From Eledone cirrhosa (Eukaryota): a DNA stretch of 64,000 bases. The notes below the pieces were generated by a model. The model saw only the letters and a program-made list of their open reading frames with translations. It was not told where the DNA came from and searched no databases. This document shows positions 28,146-43,003 of the stretch, piece by piece (positions within the stretch are counted from its first letter, which is position 1; the number at the start of each line of letters is the position of its first letter). The position numbers and the translations under genes were made by a program. The DNA lies in NCBI GenBank assembly GCA_964016885.1, contig OZ024746.1:89094001-89158000 (forward strand). Reading direction: 5' to 3'.

Positions 28146-29022
28146 CATACATACACACACTCGATAACATCTCCATGATGAAGTGGAGTGAACCAGATGT
28201 TATATGTTGCAGTATACATTTTTACAACTGTCACATTCCTTACCTTTTGAAAGAGCAGTGTCTCAGTTGATGATATTTGTTGTCTTTTCTATAACCCTAT
28301 CGTATCTTAAACAGATACACGATCAATACTTTCGAGCTACGTTAATTTCGACAATGTTTATGGGATAAAATATCTAGGACGTCTTGCTAACATCGAATCA
28401 GTTTATGATCATATATTCTTTTATGTATATATTTTATTTCTTTTATGTGCAGCTTCTCGCGTTTTATGGTAGTTTCTCCTTCACATCCTCAATTCTCCTA
28501 CAGCAGTAGTAAGGAAGCCCACAGTTTTGAGCAGCAGGTGTCTTTCATTATTAAAGGATTTTTATATTGCTCGTCTTCAAATTTCTTTTCAGCTGGTCTT
28601 TGAAACGTTTTTGTAAATTCACAGTTTCCGTAGTTGCTGGGTAGTTGTGAATAAGATAATATTGATCGGTCGGCATTGAAGCCGTGGCAACAATTTAATT
28701 TCTTCTATTCTAAGCTATATTCAGAGGTTATTTATCGTGCATATATTTAACCCGTTTTTAAAGAGGAGGGGGTACCATTTGAGGAGAATTGGCTGTAATA
28801 ATTTGCAGCTCGAGCTATGGCATAGGGGCTTTATTGATTGTTGTTTTCATGATTCTCAGTTTATGAAACCTCAGTCATTGTCAGGCCTGTATATATATTC
28901 TATTTTGGCTAAGATAGGGTTTTGAAAAACAACGTGATTAAATGTTTGATCACAATCTTCACATATTCAGACGTTATATTTGTATTCTGCCTTATGGAAT
29001 ACGTATCTGCTGCGTGTTTTAT

Positions 29023-29090
<68 letters not shown>

Positions 29091-29099
29091 GCATAAAAA

Positions 29100-30355
29100 A
29101 TAGACGGGCAAAGTGAGGCAAATGAATGAAACACAGACATTCCCATCTCATCAGTCGATCGAGTTCCTCTTGAGGTCCCAGACATAGGAGGCGAGTGTTG
29201 TCTGATTTGATTTGTCCGGTCCTCTGAAAGAGTGGGTACGGGCATACCACCGAGTCTTAAAATTGTTGGAAGTCATGCCGATGTAAATCTTTTTGTTGTT
29301 GTCATCAGTGCCTGAGAGGACATCACATTTGTATACGATGTCATTTGTCAGGCATTTGTTTTCAAGTGGGCAGGCTTCTTTATTTTGGAAGTTCCCGTCC
29401 GGGAATTGGGTTCGGAGGTAGTAGGCTTATTTAATTTAGTAGTGTTGAGATTGGCTATATTCCTAGCTAGCTTAGGTGTAGTGGGGGTAGGGGAGTCTTA
29501 TTGTATTCTTATTAAAGATTGTGTAGTACCTATGTTGTGTAGGGAAGTGTATGTTCAGCAATTTGAACAAAATCCTAGCTATAGGCGTAGAAACCTCTCT
29601 ATTGAAGGTGGGGTTGTACCAACTAATCTGCCTATGTCTATTCCTCCTAGGTAGTCTTGGGGTGGTGTCTAGATGAGTGATCATTTCTTTAAATCCGCTG
29701 TGGGTGGGGGCGTCGTTGTAGTAAGAGGCAGTAGCGCTAAAGTTTTCTTCATTGGCCGAGAGTCCGGAGATTCTGATTGAGACGCTTTTAACTAAGTTAT
29801 CTGTAATGTTTTGGGGGTGGTTAGGATTAAAATTTATATAACTGAGGGACTCGTTAGGTTTGCGGAACGGGTAATAGAGGGAAGTATCTAAGTCGAGAGT
29901 GACATCTAAAAATTGGCCCTAGCTATATTAGATTCTATGGTTATTCTAAATCCTAGATTACGGAAGAACGAGCTTAAGTTTCTCCGAAACCCATCAGTGG
30001 TTCTGGGTTAACCTTGTGCAAGGCGAAAACGCCATCATCTCGTTATAATCTTCTGGTTAGGCCCGTGAAGAGATTCTTCAGGTGGTATAATGTGTACAAG
30101 CCCATGAGGTAGCTAATTTAAGCCAAGTCACTTGCTCCCATGCTGACGTCAAAAGGGGTCTGAGACTTCTTGTTGATCCAGTAAGATCCCTCGTGGTGTA
30201 GAAAGGTCTTACGGGCGTGGATGATCACCTGCTCAGCGTCAGTTATGGTGGTAAAATTCCTTGCAAAAGCAAGTGCGTCCTTCAGTAGGGGCTCTGAGAT
30301 AGCAGCATAGTAGTCTTCTATGTAGAGTTGCAGGAAGCGAGTGTGGTGTTTGTTT
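29100..30355 (-). mobile_element. Penelope-like element fragment (RT + GIY-YIG), frameshifted
   Basis: Minus strand: FLQLYIEDYYAAISE, FDVSMGASD, FLDVTLDL..FRKPN, ISWYNPTFN..IFNKNTIRL, VYKCDV..YIGMT. Confidence 0.85.
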
Positions 30356-30667
30356 AAAGAATTAGCTTTTAAAGAATTCCCCTTTCTTTAAACCAATGAC
30401 CTCCACCCATCCTATAGACACCTGAAATATAGGCATTGTTAGCTTAAGAGAAACTTAAAAATAAGGAGTGGTACTCGAATCTGAACTTGTTTATAGAATT
30501 CTTTCTGCCTTTGTCACTCTAAATATAAATTATAGCTTTATTGAATTAGCTTTTAAAGAATTCCCTTTTCTTTAAACCCATCAACCAATGACCTCCACCC
30601 ATCCCAATCCCTACCCTCTCCTACCACCAGAAAAGGTATAAATACCACCATATTTACTTGGACAGTC

Positions 30668-30718
30668 AGCTTTCTAATGATTTCTCACGAATGAAACAGT
30701 TCTAGTCCTGTAGCAGCT
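30668..30718 (+). ncRNA. Degenerate hammerhead (core CTAATGA)
   Basis: CTAATGA-tttc..gaat-GAAACAG..CTGTA; G5 is mutated, so probably inactive. Confidence 0.4.
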
Positions 30719-32056
30719 TTTCTATGATAATCATTTATATTCTGCTATGTATTGAGTACCTTACTTACTGTGGTTACCCCCGATTGAACCCGGAATAACA
30801 TATATATATATATTTTTTTCAGTGTGGTCTACCCTTGTTTCCGAAGAAGACGGTCTGATCGAACCTATATATGAGGTCTGATTGTATACAGTTATATAAC
30901 TGCTATAGATCAGACAATATGCCAATATAATCAATTCTCCCAAACGATCGTAAAACAATGATATGAATAAGTAAACTAACTTTACTTTGTTGTTATTATA
31001 TTCATTGTTGAATTAATACCTTAAAAAAAAATATATATATAAGTTAAAACAATGAAATAAAAATTCATGTCATTAGGAATATACTTCACTGCTTTACGAT
31101 CGTTTCTAGGTGATAATAATACATCGTACGCATATTTCATTATTGATCTATGTAAGGTTAGTTACAAAATATCAAATAAGGAATATATTTACCTACGTGT
31201 ATATCGTCAGCCGTTGTCAAAAGCAATGAACATTTTATTCAAAATCAATAGTAAATTGAGTTCTATGACTGTATTTGGAGGTAGCTGAAGAACAAACCAA
31301 TCAAATGGTGTTTTGCCATATGATGTTAAGACGAAATATAACTCACTTTAGTTAAGGTCACGACCTTTTGAAAGGAATGATTGAATGGTGCTAAAAATAG
31401 AATAACTATGAAGAACCTATGAAGAAAATGGATTGTTGTATTGATAGTGGAATGTAGATGGTGGAGTGAAGTTTAAAAAGGGATGTAAAAATTATATGTT
31501 GAGTTGTGTTGTATGCTGTTTTAGGTGAATATAAATAAAGACATATAAAATATACGGAAATAACTAGGATAAATATAGATAGGTAAAGTAATGGTCATAA
31601 CTAGAAAGGATAGTATATTAAAAGATGAAAATTATAATAAGATAATAAAATAAGATAATAAAATACCATAATATAATAATATAATATAATGTAATATAAT
31701 ATAGTGCATTATGGTACATTGTATATAGTATAGTATAGCGTATGATGTATCATAAAATATAAAATAGTAAATATTTTCAAGTGGGTCTATGTATAAGTAA
31801 TCAGTTCAAGATAAATGCATGTTGACATATAGCCAAAACGCATAATTTTCTTAGATCACAAAAGTACATATACTCACATATATAGATAAAGGTATAATTA
31901 CATAGATACTCCATTAAAAACATACATACGCATACATAGATATATACATACACATATACATACACGCACACATACATATCTATATATATACATACACATA
32001 TATAAATATATATATATACACACACATACATGTACATACACACGCACATACACACT

Positions 32057-32122
<66 letters not shown>

Positions 32123-32123
32123 C

Positions 32124-32204
<81 letters not shown>

Positions 32205-32207
<3 letters not shown>

Positions 32208-32876
32208 TAATTGAATATAAAAGAAAAATAAACACAGATATATAGAAACATGTGTTCAAATCGTAAGGGACCAGATTCGCTAAGGTGAAAAGAATACTAA
32301 CCATGGGTTTGACAGACTCAATTTAAGAATAAATCAATTGAGTTTCTAACTCAATATTTACCTTTGATATATTCGGTTCCGTTAATTCAAATGTCGAGTA
32401 AACCTGGCTACTATTTTTAGTGGCGTGAGTTTGTGAGAGACGTTAAGTTCCGATACCATGTGCGTTAATATATATACGCACACAATTCAGTTTTTTAATA
32501 TACTTAGAAGTGACCAGGATACTAATTCTTCAACCACTGATGAGCAAGATTTGGTATTCCTCTTCACAATTAATTTTGCGAAACAGCATAGCCAAACGCT
32601 GTATGGGTGATTGGTAGTTACCACAATTCCGGTTTGTATTTATTTTCTTGATTTATTCTTAAATTGAGTCTGGCAAACCCTATTGTCCATAGTTAGTATT
32701 CTTTTCACCTTAGCAAATCTGGTCCCTTACGAATTGAACACATATATGTATATGTCTGTGTTTATCTTTATTTTATATTCAATTATAATATACGGCTCGA
32801 AGAAATTTCTTTCCTAGAGCTATTTTATTGTAAGAGACTATTTTGAGTTTCTAAGTCAATATATACCTTTGATATA
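32205..32876 (+). mobile_element. Fold-back element with terminally redundant ~505-bp sense unit
   Basis: Inverted arms ~32205-32337 / ~32649-32788; direct repeat TTGAGTTTCTAA.TCAATAT.TACCTTTGATATAT at 32338 and 32843. Confidence 0.8.
32520..32616 (+). ncRNA. Canonical full-size type I hammerhead ribozyme
   Basis: Stem I TCAACCA/TGGGTGA with a possible distal extension; CTGATGA 32537-32543; stem II GCAAGATT/AATTTTGC; GAAA 32580-32583; stem III ACAGC/GCTGT; GUA site ending 32603. Confidence 0.85.
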
Positions 32877-33195
32877 TATAAATATATATATATTTCACTT
32901 TCTATATATTTATGTGTTATTTTATACCTATCATACAAACAATCAGTAAATTAACATAGCAAGATATGTTAAACACCATAAATAAATATTATACATTATA
33001 TACACCACTGTTTAAAATAACGTGTTTTATATTTTAAACCCTCTGCATAGACATTAGCAAGGCATATTAAACTCCATATATAAATTATATCCCAGACATG
33101 TGAAATTCTGCGCCGAGATATTAAATGTTTTAGAAAGTATCTGTATTCAAAGATGTAAAACGGGAGAATAAAATTATTCATAGATAGAAGAAGAC

Positions 33196-33340
33196 GGCGA
33201 ACTGGCTGAGTCGTTAGAACGTTGGATAGAATGCTTTATGGTATTCACTCCGGCTTTCTGTTTTCTGAGTTCAAATACGACCAAGGTCAACTTTGCCTTT
33301 CATCCTTTGGAGGTTGATAAAAAAATACCAGTCTAGTACT
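33196..33340 (+). mobile_element. Older SINE subfamily copy
   Basis: GGCGAACTGGCTGAGTCGTTAG head, GAGTTCAAAT, CTTTGCCTTTCATCC..GATAAAA. Confidence 0.7.
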
Positions 33341-34161
33341 TTTTTCTCTTTCCCATTTCCTCTCTCTCACTTTCCATCTTTCTCTGGAAAAAATCTGCTG
33401 TACTCAGGCCTGGAGAAGGATGGGCTCCACCAGGCCTAAAATGCCCAAGAAACGCCGTCTGTTAATACGACGACCCTACAACTCTATTAGGAGTTACGGG
33501 ACCATACATACATAGAGAGAAGAATTGAGATAAAATAATAATAGTTACATTATATTCAAAATTACAGCAGTCACACGAAATCGAGTATGACTTAATAATA
33601 TTTACCATGCTTTCACGAAGGTTTTAGGTGCTCATACTCTCGCGTGCATACACAGAAACATTCTTGTCCCTCTCACATGATTTAGTGAAGCGTCCAAGGA
33701 GGTGTGACAGCTGGAAAGAGAGCTGCAGTAGCATTTGACTGATACTTTTTTATCGAAACCAATTTGATGAGAGTCAAAGTGGACCTAGGTGAGATTTGAA
33801 CTCAGAAGGCAGAAACAAAAAATCAAATATCCAACGACTTTACCACAGAGAACATCTTTATTATATTAGTATTCACTAATATGGTTATACATGCCTGTCA
33901 ATAAATCTTGAAATTTATCTCTTCGAAACAAACTGTAGAAGACTCACAAAGGAAATATGGAAACAAATCTCATACAAAAATAAATAAATCACGGTTGAGT
34001 TTTCAATCTTTTAAACCTTAACCCTTTACACACATAAACTCACCTACTGACACACATACACACATACACACATACACACATACACACAGACACGCACACA
34101 CGAGTGTATAGACACACATGTTTATATATGTACGTATATAAAGATATTGTATATATATACA

Positions 34162-34247
<86 letters not shown>

Positions 34248-34258
34248 TGTATATATAT

Positions 34259-34290
<32 letters not shown>

Positions 34291-34859
34291 GAAAACAGGG
34301 AGAAAGAGACGATTATGGGGAAGAAAAATATATTGTTTTCCTTTTTTGTTTCTCTCTCTCTGTTTTCTGGGTTAGAAAATGATTAAAACGAAATGTTTTA
34401 CTTTGTGTGAAGTGTTCAGGTATTAGTTGATTTATTTATTATTTAACAATGGCATTTATTTATCTATTTATATATTTAATTATTGTCTATTACCGGTTTC
34501 AGCATTTATATGCATTATCAAATGATAGTGAAATGTATTAGTGTGGTGTCGCACATGTTAAACAGATGGTGCAGAAAGAATAATGTTATATACAAACAAG
34601 GTTTAAGAAGTGAAAAGAAATAAGAAAAATGAAAAAAAAATGTGCATAATGTGGAACGTAAAAAGTCAATGTGGAAGAAAAAATAATGTTATTTACAAGC
34701 CCAGTTATTGAAGTTAAGCAGTTCAAAATGTGTTAATATCGCAAGAGTGCTTAGTTGAACCATGGTTCCGTGAAGGAGGCAAATGGTGGACTGTGGTTTG
34801 ATATGATTTCCATTTTTAGAGAGTTAATATGCAGGGGAAGCAATTATATATTTATATAT

Positions 34860-34910
<51 letters not shown>

Positions 34911-34922
34911 AATATATATATG

Positions 34923-35457
34923 TATTGAAAGAGTGAAGAATAACATCGTCAACAGTACAAAAAAGGGTTTTATTTACAATATTAACAATTGTTTCATTGA
35001 TTAAGTTGTCTAAAAATTGCTGAACACTTGAAGCTGTGCCACTCAATTTTAAAATACGTTGTTAGCTTAACCAGATCATCAGAAGGACTGGTGTTGTAAT
35101 TTAAATTCGTAGACGCTGAGCATATTTTTAACAGTCCTTCTGATGATCTGGTTAAGCTAACAACGTATTTAAAATTGAGTGGCACAGCTTCAAGTGTTCA
35201 GTAATTTTTAGACAACTTAATCAGTGAAACAATTGTTAATACTGTAAAACCCTTTTTTGAACTGTTGACCATGTTATTCTTCACATCTTTCAATATTATT
35301 ACTCCAAGATAAACTTACATAGGAATGCAAGAGAACTCATAAACTCGCCACCTACGGAAACCTCTTGTTGGGTCAAACAACGCCGTACGCTAAAACTATC
35401 CACAATACGAAGTATTCACAACCTCTAACTGGATTACCTATAACGATTTTTTTTATC

Positions 35458-35460
<3 letters not shown>
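34923..35460 (+). mobile_element. Fold-back pLTR-like element (arms 34923-35090 / 35132-35295) plus tail
   Basis: ~165-bp inverted arms between (TA)n tracts; tail homologous to the reverse complement of 41660-41820. Confidence 0.8.
35131..35245 (+). ncRNA. Type I hammerhead with long stem II
   Basis: CTGATGA 35140-35146; stem II CTGGTTAAG/CTTAATCAG (U-U closing); GAAACAATTGTT palindromic helix III; stem I ACAGT..TT/AA.ACTGT. Confidence 0.65.
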
Positions 35461-35543
<83 letters not shown>

Positions 35544-36099
35544 GTGTGTGCCCACGCCCGTGTATATGTGAATCTGCGCATCCGTATTCGTGTGCCTGTG
35601 ATAGTGTGCCCCTATTTGTGTCTCCTATTAAAAGCATTGAATCTAACAAAACACGTTTTCTGTTCGATAACTACTTGAAAGAAACAAGTACTTTATTCGA
35701 TGTGGTTCTTCCATGTTTTTCTGAATAGACACCATAAGAATGCGTTCTCAGTATGGCCTGTAGGAAACACTTCAATCATGACCAAACCTCCCTTTAGGGG
35801 TATTCAGACTATGAAAGGGACTAAGATTAAAAGACGTAGAAATGCTGAGGGAATAACGTAACCGACAAAGTATAATGCACACACGAACAAGGAAAAATTT
35901 ATGACGCATTTGAGTATTACGTAAACAGATATAAAAATAAAATATAAAGTATTACGCACATTCTTCCTGTTGAAGTATTAAATTATGGAAATAATATTTT
36001 CGGTTTGGTGTTAAAGAAATTTGCAATACTAGAAAGAAAATAACAATAATAATGACTGCATTTAAGATAAATCACCAAATCTAAAATAGAAAGATTATA

Positions 36100-36545
36100 T
36101 ACATAAAATAATCCAGAGAAGAAGGGTTCATCTGCAACTGTAACATTATTATAAATATCTGCTCTAGGACTACAAATATATCTAATAAAGAATAAATGGC
36201 AACTGATACAAGTAACAACAAAATGTTGAAAAGAAAAGTTTTCTCTCCGCAAGGACTTATATACATAAGACAGAAGCCGAAATAACAGACAATTGTTGGA
36301 GAATGGAGAAACAGCAACAGGAATTATTAAAAGAAGTAAAACAACAAAGAAAAGCTAAGCTGAAATGAGAGAATGTTAAGATGGCCAGTACCTGACAAGA
36401 ATGAACATAGCATATAATAAAGCAGAATAGAAATGCTAACCTCAGAATATGTGAAGGTTGTGAACAAACAATCAATCACGTTGTCTCTTGATATCTTATC
36501 TTAACGAAAATAGAATATATGCAGGCATGACAAGGACTGAGCATT
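36100..36545 (+). pseudogene. Decayed R4/Dong-like LINE C-terminal fragment
   Basis: ..RICEGCEQTINHVVS....L.K.EY..RHD CCHC remnant. Confidence 0.5.
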
Positions 36546-37908
36546 CATAAACTGAGAATTATAAAAAAGAATCACCAAGGAAGCTTCCATGCCATCGTTC
36601 GAGCTGCAAAAGATTACAGCCAATTCTCTTCAAATACGACACCACCTCTTTCAAAAACTATTACAATTTATGTACTGTAAACAGCTACTGAATATATCTT
36701 AGAATAGAAGAACGTGTTGCCACGGATTCAATGCCGACTGAACGATAATATTTTCTTCAAGACCAAACGATTACCAAGCAACGACGGAAATTGAGAATTT
36801 ACAAATGTGTTTCATTGACCAGCTACAAAGAATTTTGAAGAGGAGCAACATCATAATCCTGTTATAATGAAAAACACCTGCTGCGCAAAATGGTTGCCTT
36901 ACTACCGTAAGAGAATTGAAGATGTGAAGGAAAAACTAACTTAGTACTACCATGATACGCGAGAAGCTGCACGACAAGGATTGTGTTATACAGACATTAA
37001 CATATACAGAAAGCAAATCAAGTATGATCATAAATAGATTTGATCTAGCAAACAAGTCCTAGGTTGCTTATCTCACGAACGGTTTCGAAATTAACATAGC
37101 TCGAATGTATTGATCATTTGTCGGTTCAATAGGGCTAAGACGAAAACAACAACAACAATAACAGCAACAACAAAAAGAACATCAACTGAGCCAACTCTCT
37201 TTCAAAATATAAGTTATATGGTATTGTTAGAAATTTATACTGCAACATATATCTTTCAATTTACAAATAACTTTAATATTAACTCCCAATCGGGAACAAC
37301 GATTGTTTTAAATAACACGACGTTAGTTTCAGATACACTGTCTGAAAACATCTCCAGCAAAACGATCGCTGTGGCAATTTTTACGATCATAGGTTTGCAT
37401 GACTTGGAGTTCAGCCAAGACTATAACAACAATAGCAATGTATTATCTAACGATTAGCTTTGAAACAACTTTTTCAAAATAACATTTAAAAAATATAAAA
37501 AGCCAAAGAACCAACATCTACGTTGTTGGTCGTCATGTTAGAATTATCAGCTATTTTCCGTCAAATTGCACCCTACCATATTAAAAACAAAAGAATTACC
37601 CATTGGAAATGTAATTGTGTATATATGAAAATACCCGATGAAAAGTGCTTAAATGTCTTAGAAAATAGGCCAGCTCGATCAGGCGACGAGTTGGAGATAA
37701 AGGAGAAAAAGAAAACGAAGAATGAGAAGAAGATAAAGAAGCAGAAGTAAAGATAGGAGGAGAAGAAAAATTAACAATATCAACAACCTAATATACTAAT
37801 ATATTAACTTTTGAATTGTTTTGAAAACAATTTATTCTAAATAAGATTTCTAAAATTATAATAATAGATTGCAATTAAAACTAAACACACACAACAGAAG
37901 ATACAATT

Positions 37909-38399
<491 letters not shown>

Positions 38400-38407
<8 letters not shown>

Positions 38408-38816
38408 AGATCAAAAGATGGTTAAAAGAGTTCCAAGTATTTTATTATGCGCATTTCAAAAACAAATATCATCATGGGATGATATCTGCGTTCTCATCAG
38501 ATAAAATAGGGATACATGATATGAAGCTTAAAAAACACTTGTGAATAGTGAAATTTTAAATCAACATTTAAAACTTCACTATTCACAAGTGTTTTTTAAG
38601 CTTCATATCATGTATCCCTATTTTATCTGATGAGAACGCAGATATCATCCCATGATGATATTTGTTTTTGAAATGCGCATAATAAAATACTTGGAACTCT
38701 TTTAACCATCTTTTGATCTTATATTATTTATACTCCAGCCCTACAAACTGTAGAGTGCTACTTATCCGATATTTGCATTGCTTTATTGTGCTACAATAAA
38801 ACTCACCTCCTACATA
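38400..38816 (+). mobile_element. Near-perfect fold-back element (arms 38400-38560 / 38567-38727) plus tail
   Basis: 161-bp arms, one mismatch seen, 6-nt loop, between (TA)n tracts. Confidence 0.85.
38619..38689 (+). ncRNA. Type I hammerhead ribozyme
   Basis: Stem I TATTTTAT/ATAAAATA; CTGATGA 38627-38633; stem II GCAGATATCATC/GATGATATTTGT; GAAA 38670-38673; palindromic helix III ATGCGCAT; AUA site ending 38681. Confidence 0.8.
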
Positions 38817-40059
38817 TTTATATATATATATATATATTATAATTATTACTTTGAAAGTAAACGGTGTCATGAATGATACAAAATCAAACATATGTCTTGT
38901 CTCTAAAAACAGCTCAAGATAGAATTCAGAGAATAAAATCGAGCCTTAATCATTATAAGAAAGTGATTGAAATATATTCATACACAGATAAGTATTGCAC
39001 TAAGACATATCAACACTTAGAATTAGAGACAATCTACACTGAAAGTAAGACTACAAAATTCGTAGAGTATCTTATTAAATTTAATAAAAAAAAATTAAAA
39101 CAAAATACCTGATAACGATCAAATATATTTCCCTCATATGTATTCTCCACAAAATCAGAATACATGTGTAGATTTGTGACTACGTGCACACGTTGCCACT
39201 CCATCGACATGGGACTCGTGAAGAAATATTTGCACATAAAGATGGCAATGCTACGTACTTGTGCTACACATATAACACCTACTCCATCCCTACAGCTATG
39301 TGCCCAATGAAAGGTCAACGGCCATCCACGCCAAATATGGGTTAAATAGTCTCACCAACCTGCAATTAGCCAAGCATGGTGAGTACGGCTACACGCCTAC
39401 AATAACATACATAGATATACACACAAAAAAATACACATATACCTCTTAATATATACATAGATACATAATGGTGGCATCTCAATTTCGCGAAATGCCATTC
39501 CGTGCCCTTTCCCCCATACATAAGTGGCATGAACATGGCTTTTTAACCCCGCCAAGGACGTAGAATCCTAAATGCATATGTTGCATTGAACGAAAAAAGA
39601 TAATACCATGCTCACACAATACATGTGAAAGTCTTTTAAATCAAATGATACCTCTGCTTGAAGCGTGTTTAAGCGAAGAAAGGCCTTACACTGGACCATC
39701 CCCTCTCTCTGGACAACCGTGAGAAGTATCCAAAAAGTATAACCGGTCATCATCATTGGCTGCCATCGAGTCGCATGATTTACATTAGTGTTCTTCTTCT
39801 AGAAATATCTCCTAACAAGAACAATGGGTATCTCATTGCCGGGGACTAACTGCACGCTCGGGCACCAAACCGTATATTTTCATGTCTACACACACACACA
39901 CGCATATATATATATATATATAAAATTTGCAAAAGAGACCGCCTCGGCATACTAAGGGATAGGACCGCTTTTTTTTTATAAAAGTGGCTCATTGGCCGCA
40001 GATCTCCAAGATATAAATAAATAAGGGACTAAATGAACAATACAAAAGTGTTTTCACAT

Positions 40060-41380
40060 ATCCAATGCGCCGCATGCAAATAAGTAAGCCAGAACTGCAT
40101 TACACAGAGGAATTGCAATCATTACCCACACAGATATAAAGTTGAAAGATGTAATATCAGCCATAGATAAAATGAGACCAAACTCGGCAGCTGGCCATGA
40201 TGGTCTCTCGGCAATCCTCCTAAAAACATGCAAGCGAACATTAACAAAACCACTGCAGATCCTTTTCCAAAAATTGCCTTGCAAGCGTTAAACTAACTGG
40301 AAAACTAATAGAAGGCATAATATGTCCTATCTATAAAGGAGGAAGCAGAGCAGATGGATGTTAAAAACTACAGACCAGTCTTCCTGACCTCAACTAGCAG
40401 CAAAGTCATGGAATGAATCATCAGAAGGAAGCCAATCACTTTTCTAGAGGAAAAAGACCTTCTAACTGACATTCAGCATGGCTTTCGTCCGGGTCGAAGT
40501 TGTTTTACGCAGCTCTTACAGCATTATGACTAGATACTCAAACAGCCGATAGACCGTTCGAACGTCCATGTAATATATCTCGACTTTGTGAAGGCATTCG
40601 ACAAGGTTGACCATGGAATGATAAGTCACAAACTACGTAGCTTTGGCATAGCTGGAAGGAAAACTAGGTGAATGGCTTCATGACTTCTTAAAAGATAGAA
40701 GACAGACCGTTGCAGCCAACAGGGCCCTCTCAAAGGAAACGTCAATAACAAGGAACTGTCTTGGGTTCATAACTGTTTGTGGTGGCTCTCTCAGACATTG
40801 CCTCTGTAATAAGGGCAGCCTCCCTCACAAACTCTACTGATGATACAAAAGCAGCACAGGCAATCAAGAAACTGGCTGATGCTACTCTCTTACAACAGGA
40901 TTTAGATGCCATATATGGATGGGCTAAAACCAACAATATGCAATTTAATGCAGGAAGGTTTCAAGACCTTCCGCTATCATACCACAAACATAGGACCACC
41001 ACAACAAAGTACATTGGACCAAAGGGATCAAAATCCCACGGTCAAAATGAATACGGGACCATCTGAGTATAGAGATGAGCAATGATGCATCGCTTCATGC
41101 ACACACCACCACAATGACGACAATGTGCAGACGATTGACAGCTTGGATTCTGAGCACATTCAAAAGAAGGAACTCGAAAAGCATGCTCGGAAACGTCCTC
41201 TGGAGGACTTTCGTCCTCAGTCGACTGGACTATCTCTCGCAGCTGTTGTCGCCCCGCAGTGTCAAACTAACTGCAGACTCTGAAGCAATCCAACGAAGTT
41301 ATACCAAGAGGATTGCTTCAATGAAAGATATGAACTATTATGAGAGGTTGCTGAAATTAAAGCGCTACTCCTTGAGGCAG
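40060..41380 (+). pseudogene. CR1/L2-group LINE reverse transcriptase, decayed
   Basis: SAAGHDG, NYRPV, QHGFRPGRSCFTQLL, IYLDFVKAFDKVDHG, QGTVLG, TDDTK, LQQDLDAIYGWA..NNMQFN; stops and frameshifts. Confidence 0.85.
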
Positions 41381-41659
41381 CAACAAACTCCCTTTGGCAC
41401 TAATGGCTAAAAGGGGAAGGCTGGCTATAGAAAATGTAGCATTGGAAGCGGTTCCTCAGCATGGCCTCAGCCCCTTGGCTGGAACGCAAATAAATAAATA
41501 AATATATATATATATATATATACATATACATACATACTAAAATAACAGATTAAAGCTGTACGGTTCTTTATATATTTCATATATATTTATCCTTAACGAG
41601 CCCTCTTTGGATTTTAGTCTTTAAATTTATTATTATTAGTATATATATATATATATATA

Positions 41660-42087
41660 TGGGATAACAAGTTATCGTTATAGGTAATCCAGTTAGAGGT
41701 TATGAGTACTCCGCGTCGTGGATAGTTTTAACGTACGGCTTTGTTTAACTCAACACGATGTTTCCATAGTTATGCAGCGAGTTCGCGGTAATTTCTATGC
41801 AGGTTATACTTGGACTAATAATAGTTAAAGAAAGAAGAATAACATGGTTGGCTGTACAATAAGGGCTTTATTTAAAGCACTGACGATTGTTTCGTTGATC
41901 AGGTGTGTCTAGAGTTCGCTAATCGCTTGAGGTTGCGTCAATCGATCTCCAATACATTGTTTACCACAGGTCAACAGATCAGCGATTAGCGAACTCTAGA
42001 CACACCTGATCAACGAAACAATCGTCAGTACTTTAAATAAAGCCCTTATTGTACAGCCAACCATGTTAATCTTCTTTCTTTAACTAT
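41660..42087 (-). mobile_element. Fold-back pLTR-like element (arms 41821-41927 / 41981-42087) plus tail
   Basis: 107-bp arms; contains GAAACAATCGTC (hammerhead 3' half); related to the 34923 family. Confidence 0.75.
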
Positions 42088-42111
42088 ATATATATATATA
42101 GTTAAAGAAAG

Positions 42112-42245
<134 letters not shown>

Positions 42246-42383
42246 TTATATATATATATATATCTTTATATATATATATATATATGCACACATATATATA
42301 TATACATAAACATACATACATATATATACCTATATATGTATATATGTAGACACATAAACACACACACATATATATATACACAC

Positions 42384-42415
<32 letters not shown>

Positions 42416-42880
42416 TGAAAAAGAGAGGATTTTTTGCCAAAATAATAGACTTTTAAAGAGGAAAAAATACTATAAACAAAAAGGAACAACGACAAAAATA
42501 TATATGAATTGTAAGTATGTGAGATTTTATCGTTCATGTTATACTCTAACATTTGCTGTTTATTACAATTTATGCGAGTTGCTTTCCGTTACAGACAAAT
42601 TTATTCGTAACACTGTATTCATAATGGAAACGTTTTCATGATATATATATATATACGCTATACGAGTTTACAGACACACACACTCACACACATACACGCA
42701 CAAACATACGCACACAAACACACACACATACACACACACACAAACATACACACACACACATATATACACACACACGCACACCTATATATATATATATATA
42801 TACTTCTATGTGTTTGTGCGAGTGTGTTTCCATGCGCATATACGTATATATATATATATTATCACGTAATATATATGTGT

Positions 42881-42924
<44 letters not shown>

Positions 42925-42949
42925 TTACACACATACGTATAGATATTCA

Positions 42950-43003
<54 letters not shown>

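Noticed and set aside
37110-37457. 115-aa ORF as a host gene
   Set aside because: Non-ATG start, low complexity, no recognisable domain or splice context
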